Below, one piece after another: positions 31,486-39,312 of a stretch of DNA of 64,000 nucleotides (the first letter of the stretch is position 1; each line of letters begins with the position of its first letter). A program made the translations under genes and the position numbers. The notes under the pieces are model-generated. The model did no database searches, was not told the DNA's origin, and saw only the letters and a list, made by a program, of their open reading frames with translations. Origin of the DNA: an uncultured delta proteobacterium (GTDB taxonomy: Bacteria; Myxococcota_A; Polyangia; Fen-1088); contig CAVYGB010000008.1 in the NCBI GenBank assembly GCA_963767925.1, forward strand, positions 416,001 to 480,000. Direction: 5' to 3'.

Positions 31486-32711
31486 AGCGCGAGCGCACTC
31501 CGACCGGCCCCGGCTACGCCCTCCTGATCCCGGTCCTGGCGCTGCTCGCCGGTCCGGGGGTGGCGCGGGCGGGAGGCTTTCTCATCTACGATCTCAGCGC
31601 CGAGGCGCTGGCCAAGGGCTCGGCCGTCTCGGCCAGCACGGCCGAGCCGGCGGCGGTGTTCTTCAATCCGGCGGCGCTGGCCTACCAGGGGCACGGCGTC
31701 TCGCTGAGCGGGGTGGGGGTGCTGGCCCGCAGCCGCTTCGAGCCGGCCGACGGCCGCCCCGAGGTGAAGACCAACCCCGGGCGCTTCCTGCTGCCGACGC
31801 TGTTCGCCACCGTCCGGGCCCACGAGCGGGTGGCTCTGGGCCTCGGTGTCTTCCCGGCCTTCGGCCTCTCGGTGAGCTGGCCCGCGGACTGGCTGGGCGC
31901 CGAGCACACAATCAAGGCCTCGATCCAGACTGTCACCGTCAACCCCACGGTCTCGGTGGCGCTGGCGCCCCAGCTCAGCCTCGGTGCCGGCCTGCAGGCC
32001 GTCCGGGGGGCGGTCGAGCTGAGCAACGCCCTGCCGGCGGTGGTGGGCGGCACCGCCACGCTGGGCGGCGGGACCTGGGGCTTCGGGGCCAACGTGGGGC
32101 TGCTGTACCGGACGTTGCCCGACCGGCTGCACCTGGCCTTCACCTACCGCAGCCGGGCCAAGCTCTCCTTCGACGGGCGGGTCGACTTCGACCCCCACCC
32201 CGACTTCGAGCCCAGCCTGCCCGACCAGGGCGGCGACGCGGAAATCACCTTGCCCGACATCCTCAGCCTGGGGCTGATGTGGCGGCCCGTCCCCTCGATC
32301 ACCCTGACCTTCGATCCCAACCTCGTCCTGTGGAGCACCTTCGATCAGCTCGTGATCGACTTCGAGAGCGCGCCCGACCGGATCCTCGAGCGCAACAGCC
32401 GCAACACGGTCACGCTGCGCCTGGGGTTCGAGTGGGCCACCCCTCAGCCCGGCCTCTCGGCGCGAGCGGGGTTCATCTTCGACCAGAACCCGGCGCCGGC
32501 CGAGACCCTGGCCCCCTCGTTGCCCGACGGCAACCGGCTCGACTTCGGGATCGGCCTGGGCTATCGACAGGGGTGGCTCAAGGCCGACGTGGGCTATCTG
32601 TTCGTGTATTTCCTGCCCGCCGAGGCGCGCGGCGGGCGCGAGGGTCCCGAGGGGACCTACAAGTCCATCGCCCAGCTCATGGGCCTCACCCTCTCGGCGC
32701 TGTTCGACTGA
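31482..32711 (+). CDS. FadL/OmpP1-family outer-membrane transporter
   Basis: Mature start AGGFLIYDLSA, hatch motif FFNPAAL, PAFGL, TVNPTVS and LPD. ATGA overlap with the upstream gene. Confidence 0.88.
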   Translation: MKRERTPTGPGYALLIPVLALLAGPGVARAGGFLIYDLSAEALAKGSAVSASTAEPAAVFFNPAALAYQGHGVSLSGVGVLARSRFEPADGRPEVKTNPGRFLLPTLFATVRAHERVALGLGVFPAFGLSVSWPADWLGAEHTIKASIQTVTVNPTVSVALAPQLSLGAGLQAVRGAVELSNALPAVVGGTATLGGGTWGFGANVGLLYRTLPDRLHLAFTYRSRAKLSFDGRVDFDPHPDFEPSLPDQGGDAEITLPDILSLGLMWRPVPSITLTFDPNLVLWSTFDQLVIDFESAPDRILERNSRNTVTLRLGFEWATPQPGLSARAGFIFDQNPAPAETLAPSLPDGNRLDFGIGLGYRQGWLKADVGYLFVYFLPAEARGGREGPEGTYKSIAQLMGLTLSALFD

Positions 32712-32723
32712 TCCCGTCCGGGG

Positions 32724-33158
32724 TCAGGCCCGGCGGACGTAGTCGTAAAGGTCGTCGATGGTGCGCTGCTGATCGCGCACCATCCAGCGGGTCAGATCGC
32801 CGATCGAGACCAGGCCGAGCACGCGGTCGTGTTGCACCACCGGGAGGTGGCGCTTGCGCGTGTCGGTCACGACCATCATCGCCTCCTGCACGGTGGTGCT
32901 GGGGCCGATGACCACCGGCTTGCGGGTCATCACCTCGGCGACCGGCGTGCGGGCGGGATCGAGCTTGGCCGGCAAGACCCGCGTGAGGACGTCGCGTTCG
33001 GTGAAGATCCCGGCGAGGCGATCCCCTTCCATCACGAGGACCGATCCGATCTGCCGGAGATTCATCCGCTCGACCGCGTCCATCACCGTCGTGCTGGGAG
33101 AGACAACTTCCAGCTTCTCTCCCTTCTGCGCGAGGAGCTTCTCCACTGGCTCGTTCAT
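32724..33158 (-). CDS. CBS-pair protein
   Basis: Motifs IGSVLV..GIFTERD and RHLPVV..GLVSIGD. Confidence 0.92.
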   Translation of the reverse strand: MNEPVEKLLAQKGEKLEVVSPSTTVMDAVERMNLRQIGSVLVMEGDRLAGIFTERDVLTRVLPAKLDPARTPVAEVMTRKPVVIGPSTTVQEAMMVVTDTRKRHLPVVQHDRVLGLVSIGDLTRWMVRDQQRTIDDLYDYVRRA

Positions 33159-33292
33159 GTCACCCTCCCTGCTCCGTTGTCCAACCGACGAGCATTCAAG
33201 CTTGACACCGGATCGAGGGGTCGGGCTTACAAATCGGAGGTAGGCCCCGGCGGGGTGGCGACCAGAGCCGGGTTTTCACGTAGCCTGCGGCG

Positions 33293-34795
33293 GTGACCTC
33301 GACCGAGCGACGCCGCGCCTTGCCGCTGGTGATCGGGTTGATGTTGCTCGGGATCGGCAGCGGGGTGGCGCGCCGTCACTTCATCCGCGCCTTCTTCCGC
33401 GACGCGCCGGCCGGCGCCCCGCCACCAGTGGCCCAGCCCGCGGCCGGGCAAGCGACCGCCGCGCAGCCGCTGCCAGCGGCGGCCGGCCTGCCGCCGGCGC
33501 CGCGCACGCGCGTGCTGCTCATCGATGGCCTGGACGCGGACACGGCCCGGAACCTGCCGGCCCTGAACCACCTGTGTCGAGACGGCCTCGATCTCACGGT
33601 GGACGTCGGGTTTCCCACCGTCTCGCTGCCGGTGCAGTCGGTGCTCTGGACCGGGCGCACCCAGCACCAGTCGGGCCTGCTCTACCGCATCGCCCCCCTT
33701 GCGACGCCGCCGCCCGGGGCCTTACCCCACCGGCTGCCGGGCAGTCGGGCGGCGAGCGAGGACCAGCCGTTCATCGCTCGATCCTTCGGGTTCCAGATGC
33801 TGGCCGGCGACTTCCCGGCCGCCGCCCGCGAGGCGGTCTCCGGCTCGGCGCGGCTGGCCTTCGTGCACGTCCTGCGGGTGGATAAGGCCGGGCACCGGGG
33901 CGGGTCGGCCAGCGCCGCCTACCGGGAGGCGGCCGTCTGGTCCGACGACTTGCTGGGCAAGCTGCTGCGAACCGCGCCCGCTGGCCCCGGCACCCGCTGG
34001 TTCGTGCTGTCGGATCATGGTCACCGGGGCGCGGGCGGTCACGGGGGGGCCGAGCGGGAGATCCGGCTGACCCGGGCTTGCATCGCCGGCGGCCCGTCCG
34101 CCCGTCGGGGTGATTCCCCGGGCTCGGAGATCCACCTGATCGACCTGGCGCGCGCGCTCGGGGATTCCCTGGGGCTGCCCCCGCCGGCGGGCGCGGTCGG
34201 GCGCCCGCTCCCGTTCGCCCGGGCCCACCCGGATCGGGGGGCCACCCTGCCGGGCGCGGGCTGGCTGCGGCAGGGCCTGGCCGTCCTGGTGTTCCTGGGG
34301 GCGCTGGCCCTGGGCCTGGCGCGGCCACGCTGGCGGCGCCGGTCGCTCTGGCCGCTCTGGCCGCTGCCGCTCCCGCTGGCGTACCTCGGCGTGCTGGTCA
34401 TCCGGGGGCTGCCGACGCTCTCGAACCCGATCGTCTATCCGCCGCTGGGCATCGGCGCCGTGCTGGCCGCCGTGCCCGGGCTGCTGCTCCTCGTGGTGGC
34501 GATGGGATGGCTCCTGCGCCACGACCCCGGCCGGCTGCCGGACTTTTGCCGGGTCCAGCTCGTGCCGCTGGCGGGCCTGGTGGCCGCCTGCCTGCTCGCG
34601 TGCGGCGGGGTCCAGGCCATCGTCCGGGGCGGTCCGCCCCCGCTCTACCCGATCTGGACGGCCCACGCCGCCGTGTTCATGTCGCTCTTCGCGGCGGCCG
34701 CGCTCCTGCTGGCGCTCGTGCTGCTGCTGGCCGTCGCCGGCTCGTTCGCGCTTCCGCTCCTGATCAGGGCGCGAACTCGACGAGCGGCTCGATGA
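33293..34795 (+). CDS. Membrane-bound alkaline-phosphatase-superfamily enzyme (GPI ethanolamine-phosphate-transferase-like motifs)
   Basis: Motifs LIDGL, FPTVSLP..LWTG, HVLRVDKAGH and SDHGH..GGHGG. One N-terminal and about five C-terminal TM segments. Confidence 0.7.
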   Translation: MTSTERRRALPLVIGLMLLGIGSGVARRHFIRAFFRDAPAGAPPPVAQPAAGQATAAQPLPAAAGLPPAPRTRVLLIDGLDADTARNLPALNHLCRDGLDLTVDVGFPTVSLPVQSVLWTGRTQHQSGLLYRIAPLATPPPGALPHRLPGSRAASEDQPFIARSFGFQMLAGDFPAAAREAVSGSARLAFVHVLRVDKAGHRGGSASAAYREAAVWSDDLLGKLLRTAPAGPGTRWFVLSDHGHRGAGGHGGAEREIRLTRACIAGGPSARRGDSPGSEIHLIDLARALGDSLGLPPPAGAVGRPLPFARAHPDRGATLPGAGWLRQGLAVLVFLGALALGLARPRWRRRSLWPLWPLPLPLAYLGVLVIRGLPTLSNPIVYPPLGIGAVLAAVPGLLLLVVAMGWLLRHDPGRLPDFCRVQLVPLAGLVAACLLACGGVQAIVRGGPPPLYPIWTAHAAVFMSLFAAAALLLALVLLLAVAGSFALPLLIRARTRRAAR

Positions 34796-37199
34796 AATCG
34801 ACCTCCGGCTCGCTCGGGTCGACCCACTCCCGCGGGCGCCGCACCCGTCGGGCGACGGGGTCTCCGCCGGGCTTCGGCCGGCGCGCCTCGAGCCGGGAGC
34901 GCTCGGGCCCCCCGACGCGGCCCACGGTCGGCCGCCAGGGGGTCGCGGCGTCGACCCGCCGGAGCTGCTGCGCCAGCCGCTGGAGCTGCTCGGGCGCCGG
35001 GGTTGCGGCGCGGGCCCGCGCCTCCCAGCGGCGGCGGCCCTCGGCGGTCCGATCGAGCCGGACCTGGGAGAAGCCCCGGTAGGCTCGTCGCAAGGAGCGC
35101 ACCAGGTCCGGCCGGGCCTCGGCCCGGTCGGCCCGCTCCTCGAAGTCCTTCGACAGGTCGTAGAGCTCGGTCAGGTTGGCGCCCGGGCGCACCAGCAGCT
35201 TGTGGGGCCAGACGATCACCCCATATTGGTCGCTCTCGTTCATGGGGAGCGGGCGGGGGGCCAGCAGCGCCGGCGGCGCCGAGGGGAACATGAAGGGCAG
35301 CAGGCTGTGGCCGTCCACCTTCGGCATCGCGCTCGCCGTGTTCGTCAGATCGCTGAGGGTGGCGGGCACGTCGAGCAGGCTCACCCCCTGGGAGACCTCG
35401 GCCGGCTCCACCCCGGGCACGATCACCGCCAGCGGGACGTGGACCAGGGCGTTGTACAGGAAGCGGCCGTGGTTCTCGGGCAGGCGGGGATCCTCGAGCA
35501 GGCTCTCGCCGTGATCGCTCATCACGACGACGATCGTGTTGTCGGCCAGGCCCCGGTTCTCGAGGGCGGTCATCAGCCGCCCCAGCGCGCGGTCGACAAC
35601 GCCGACCAGGATGCGGTAGCGATCCCGGTGGCTGTCGGCGGGCACGCCGCCGTTCAGGTTCAGCATGGTCTCGCTGAAGTAGGGGAGCTGGAAGTGCTCG
35701 TGCACGTCGAGATAGTGCAGCCAGAGGAAATAGGGCCGATCGGGGGCGCGCTGCCAGTCGTCGAGGAAGGCCAGCCCGCGGTCGGTCACCCGCCCGGAGC
35801 TGAGACCCCGGGGCACCCCGCGCAGCTCCGGGTCGGTCACGACGGTGTCGTGGGTGGCCAGCCCCCGGGTTAGCAGCGCGCCGTTGCCCGCGCGCAGCAC
35901 CTCGGAGGGCAACACGCCGTGGGTCCGGTACCCGGCCGCCGAGAGCACCTCGGGCAAGGTGATCTCGGCGCCGGCCATGGGGTTGACCTGCCCGGTGAGG
36001 ACCGCGCCCATCGACAGGTCGGTCCCCGCGGCCGAGGAGAAGGCGCGGTTGAACCAGCGGGCTTTCTTGCGGATGGCGAAGAAGTTGGGGAAGGCCCGCC
36101 GGTTCTCGGGGGCGAGGCGGAAGGGATCGGCCCGCAGGGCATCGATCACCACCAGCAGCACGTTCATGCGCTCGGTGCGGGCCCGCAGGGCGCTCACCTC
36201 GGGCGTCGCGCGCCACTCCAGGCCGACCTGGCTCGGAGCGCTGGCGGCCCGGCGCCCTCCATTGCCCCGGGGGCTTCCGTCGGCAGCGGCGGCCTCGCCG
36301 CTGGGCTCACCGTCCTGACCGTCGCAGTCCTCGTCGACCCCGTTGCCCGGGATCTCGTCGGCGCCCGGTCGGACCGCCGAGTTGAGATCGTTGCAGTCGG
36401 CTCCCCCGAGCACCGCCGGCGCGCCGTCGCGATCGAGATCGACGAGGGCCTTCGTCGCGCGATCGAGCAGGCGGGCGTGCATGCCGGAGTCGGCGATGAC
36501 CCGGCGGCTGTCGCTGTCCCGCAGGCCCCCGATCAGGGTGAGCACCACCAGGGCCAGGGCCCCACCCCGGACAATGGACAGCCGCAAGGCGGGCTGGCCC
36601 CAGGGCCAGGCGAACCAGGAGAGGTCGAGGCTCTCGGTGAAGAACCGCAGGCCCAGGCCGGCCATCAGGCAGCAGGCCACCAGGGCCAGGGTGTGCAGGT
36701 CCGGATATTCGCTGCGCACGGTGGTGCGGTTGAGGAGATCGACGGCCAGGGCGCCGACCACCAGCACCACGCCGAGGGCCCAGCGTCCCAGGCGGAGGCC
36801 GGCCAGTGGCCGGGCCAGCCAGACCACCAGCGCGGTGAGGCCCAGCCCCACGGCGGGCACCCAGAAGATCCCGAAGCGTGCGCCCGGCAAGGTGCTGGCG
36901 AACGCGCCGTCGAAGATCGTCCTCGCGGCCGGCACCAGCACCGCCAGCGCGGGCAAGCTGGCGAGCAACGCCGAGACCTGCGAGCGCGCGGAGAGGAGAG
37001 AGAGCCGGGCGCTCACGCTGAGGGCCAGCCCCAGCAGCAGGCCCAGACCGGCGAACAGGCCGGCCACGGGCCAGATGACTGTCAGCCAGGCGCCGCTCCC
37101 GTCGAGCTGGGTCAGCTCGACCACGAACAGCACCAGCGCTCCTGCCAGCCCGGCGGCGGCATCTTGTGCGCGCAGGAGTGGCGCGCGCGGGGGCCTCAT
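34764..37199 (-). CDS. Multi-TM sulfatase-like/LtaS-like protein with a Cys/Asp metal-binding repeat
   Basis: About seven TM helices. DCNDLNSAVRPGADEIPGNGVDEDCDG, NVLLVVIDALRAD, WLHYLDVH, SDHGE and HVPL. Confidence 0.8.
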   Translation of the reverse strand: MRPPRAPLLRAQDAAAGLAGALVLFVVELTQLDGSGAWLTVIWPVAGLFAGLGLLLGLALSVSARLSLLSARSQVSALLASLPALAVLVPAARTIFDGAFASTLPGARFGIFWVPAVGLGLTALVVWLARPLAGLRLGRWALGVVLVVGALAVDLLNRTTVRSEYPDLHTLALVACCLMAGLGLRFFTESLDLSWFAWPWGQPALRLSIVRGGALALVVLTLIGGLRDSDSRRVIADSGMHARLLDRATKALVDLDRDGAPAVLGGADCNDLNSAVRPGADEIPGNGVDEDCDGQDGEPSGEAAAADGSPRGNGGRRAASAPSQVGLEWRATPEVSALRARTERMNVLLVVIDALRADPFRLAPENRRAFPNFFAIRKKARWFNRAFSSAAGTDLSMGAVLTGQVNPMAGAEITLPEVLSAAGYRTHGVLPSEVLRAGNGALLTRGLATHDTVVTDPELRGVPRGLSSGRVTDRGLAFLDDWQRAPDRPYFLWLHYLDVHEHFQLPYFSETMLNLNGGVPADSHRDRYRILVGVVDRALGRLMTALENRGLADNTIVVVMSDHGESLLEDPRLPENHGRFLYNALVHVPLAVIVPGVEPAEVSQGVSLLDVPATLSDLTNTASAMPKVDGHSLLPFMFPSAPPALLAPRPLPMNESDQYGVIVWPHKLLVRPGANLTELYDLSKDFEERADRAEARPDLVRSLRRAYRGFSQVRLDRTAEGRRRWEARARAATPAPEQLQRLAQQLRRVDAATPWRPTVGRVGGPERSRLEARRPKPGGDPVARRVRRPREWVDPSEPEVDFIEPLVEFAP

Positions 37200-37285
37200 C
37201 TGAACAAGCTACCATATATGACGCGAGTTCCTCGACGAGGAACCCATGAACAGGCGCGGCAGGCGTAATCCGATCGCGCTGCGCT

Positions 37286-37381
37286 GCTGCAGGTCTGGCT
37301 GCAGGTCTGGCTGCAGGTCTGGCTGCAGGTCTGGCTGCAGGTCTGGCTGCAGGTCTGGCTAAAGGCCCGGCTGCCGGCCTG
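37286..37381. repeat. 12-bp tandem repeat (GCTGCAGGTCTG) x6 perfect plus 2 degenerate
   Basis: Directly visible. Perfect copies span 37286-37357. Confidence 0.95.
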
Positions 37382-37496
37382 GCCGCACGCGCAGAGCGCG
37401 AGATACCGAGAGACCAGGAGGCGCATTTTTCTCGCCGGGCGGATTCTGCACGGCGCGCGCGTGCTGGCGGCACCGGGCGTCGGCCGGCAGGCAACG

Positions 37497-37556
37497 TGTT
37501 CGCTCATTTGCTCGTTCATTTGCTCGTTCATTTGCTCACTCACTTGCTCGCTCCGG
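37497..37556. repeat. 12-bp degenerate tandem repeat (TGCTCGTTCATT-like) x about 5, spanning the stop codon of the DUF1080 gene
   Basis: tgttcgctcatt tgctcgttcatt tgctcgttcatt tgctcactcact tgctcgctccgg. Confidence 0.85.
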
Positions 37557-38286
37557 TGCTCACCCTGGTGAGCTCCTTGAGCTTCATGTTGCGGAACTCC
37601 GCCCGGTGGAACTCGCCCTCGAGGCCGATGTGGCCGCGCAGGGGGGCCACCCCTTCCCACTCCGAGGTGACGGCGCCGTTGACCCAGAGGGTGAGCTTGT
37701 CGCCGCGCGCGGTGATCTCGTAGCTGTTCCACTCGCCCACCGGCTTGACCCGGTTGGCCCGCGGGCTGAGCTGCTTGCGAATCATCCCGTCGGGGCCGTC
37801 TTGCACGTATCCGAACCAGTAGCCGCCCGAGGCGTTGCCCACCTGGGCCTGGTGCCAGAAGCGCCGATCGGGCGCGATGCGGGCGTAGATGCCGCTGTTC
37901 CAGCCCCGCTTCTCGGGATCGACGAAGCGCCACTCGACGTGCCAGACGAAGTCGCCCAGCTCGCGGTCGTAGCGCAACATCTCGTGGGTGCCCGAGCGGC
38001 CCGGCGCCGGCACCTCGGGCAGATCGGCCTGGCAGAGCAAGCGGCCGGCCTTGCGGTCGACCTTCCAGACGTCGAAGTCCTGCCGCACCTCGGTCCGCAG
38101 GGGGTAGCGCGTCCAGCCGCTGAGCTTGTTGCCCGGCAGGATGTCCTTCCAGCCGCGGGGCTCGCTCTCGAGCGCGCTCGCGCTCTCGACCACCGGGGCC
38201 TCGCCCCCCTGGGCGAACGCCGGCAGCGGGAGCAAGGCAAGGGAGCCAGCACAGGCGAGGAGGCGCGTTACGGTCTTGCCGTTCAT
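37540..38286 (-). CDS. Secreted DUF1080 (3-keto-disaccharide hydrolase-like) protein
   Basis: Signal peptide. Motifs LSGW, DFVWHVEWR, NSGIY, GEWNSYEI, LWVNG and GHIGLE..EFRNMK. Confidence 0.85.
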   Translation of the reverse strand: MNGKTVTRLLACAGSLALLPLPAFAQGGEAPVVESASALESEPRGWKDILPGNKLSGWTRYPLRTEVRQDFDVWKVDRKAGRLLCQADLPEVPAPGRSGTHEMLRYDRELGDFVWHVEWRFVDPEKRGWNSGIYARIAPDRRFWHQAQVGNASGGYWFGYVQDGPDGMIRKQLSPRANRVKPVGEWNSYEITARGDKLTLWVNGAVTSEWEGVAPLRGHIGLEGEFHRAEFRNMKLKELTRVSTGASK

Positions 38287-38332
38287 GCAGGGGGGGGCCT
38301 TTCTTGTCAGGCGTCCGGGACGCGGGGCGGGT

Positions 38333-39220
38333 TCACTTGCCGAGGCGGTCGACCCGGTCGAAAAACTCCTTCTGCAGCTCGAGCGTCTTCTTGTCGGCCT
38401 TGACCGCCCGCAACGTACTGACCAGCGTCTGGATGGTGTGCTCGACCTGGAGCTGGCCGAGCTCGCGGGTGGCCACCTCGGCCTGCCCAGCATAGTGGTT
38501 CGGGAAGCTCGCGTACCACCAGATGCCGGTGTACACGTTCGGCAAGGCCAGCCGTTTCTGGTCGGCGCCCGACTCGTTCTTGGCCCGGGCCTGTTGCACG
38601 AGGTCGGGGCGCAGGTAGAGCAGGCCCGAGGTCTCGTTTTCGCCGCCGTGCTGGTCGCTCGCCGGATCGGACTTGCGCGCCTGCTTGACCCGCTCGACCT
38701 GGGCCGGATCGGGGGCCGGGTCGAAGAAGTAGACCGCGTAGCTGCGCCGGCGCTCGAGCTGGGCCTGGGCGAAGTAGCGCAGCAGGTTCGGGTTTCCCCC
38801 GTGCCCGTTGATGATGACGATCTTCTTGAAGCCGTTGCGGCCGATCTCCTCGACGGTGGCCTCGAGCAGGTCCCACACGACCCGGGAGGGCAGGGCGAAG
38901 GTGCCCGGCTGGTGTTTGGCCTCGTAGATCTGGCCGTAGAAGTAGTCGGGGAAGACCACCGCGTATTCCTGCTTGGTGGCGCGGGCCGCCAGCTCGCGCA
39001 CCTTGACCAGGTCGGAGCCCAGCGGGGCGTGGGCGCCATGTTTCTCGAGGATGCCGATCGGCAGGATGCAGGTGGCGTTCGAGCGCTCCATGGCCTTCGG
39101 CCAGTCGCTGGCGGTGAGCTCGTCCCAGCGGCTGGGGAGCTGCTGCGCCGACGCTGAGCCCGCCGCCGCCAGCACCAGGAGGGCAGCGAACGCGGACCGC
39201 GAGTGACGAGGCTGGATCAT
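38333..39220 (-). CDS. Creatininase-family amidohydrolase with signal peptide
   Basis: Motifs LPIGILEKHGAHAPLGSD, INGHGGN and HGGENETS. Confidence 0.9.
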   Translation of the reverse strand: MIQPRHSRSAFAALLVLAAAGSASAQQLPSRWDELTASDWPKAMERSNATCILPIGILEKHGAHAPLGSDLVKVRELAARATKQEYAVVFPDYFYGQIYEAKHQPGTFALPSRVVWDLLEATVEEIGRNGFKKIVIINGHGGNPNLLRYFAQAQLERRRSYAVYFFDPAPDPAQVERVKQARKSDPASDQHGGENETSGLLYLRPDLVQQARAKNESGADQKRLALPNVYTGIWWYASFPNHYAGQAEVATRELGQLQVEHTIQTLVSTLRAVKADKKTLELQKEFFDRVDRLGK

Positions 39221-39312
39221 GGGGCCGGCTCCGTTCGGGGTGGGGTGGGACCGTTTTCGGGTCCGCACTCTACCGATTGAAAGCCGGTTCGGCTATGCCC
39301 TATCGACCCGCG

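Noticed and set aside
37286..37556. Possible CRISPR array
   Set aside because: Units are 12 bp and head-to-tail with no unique spacers, and there are no cas genes in the window.
37196..37933. ORF with SQTC and NEQM peptide repeats (possible RiPP precursor)
   Set aside because: It is a translation of the two DNA tandem repeats, overlaps the DUF1080 gene out of frame, and has no neighbouring modification enzymes.
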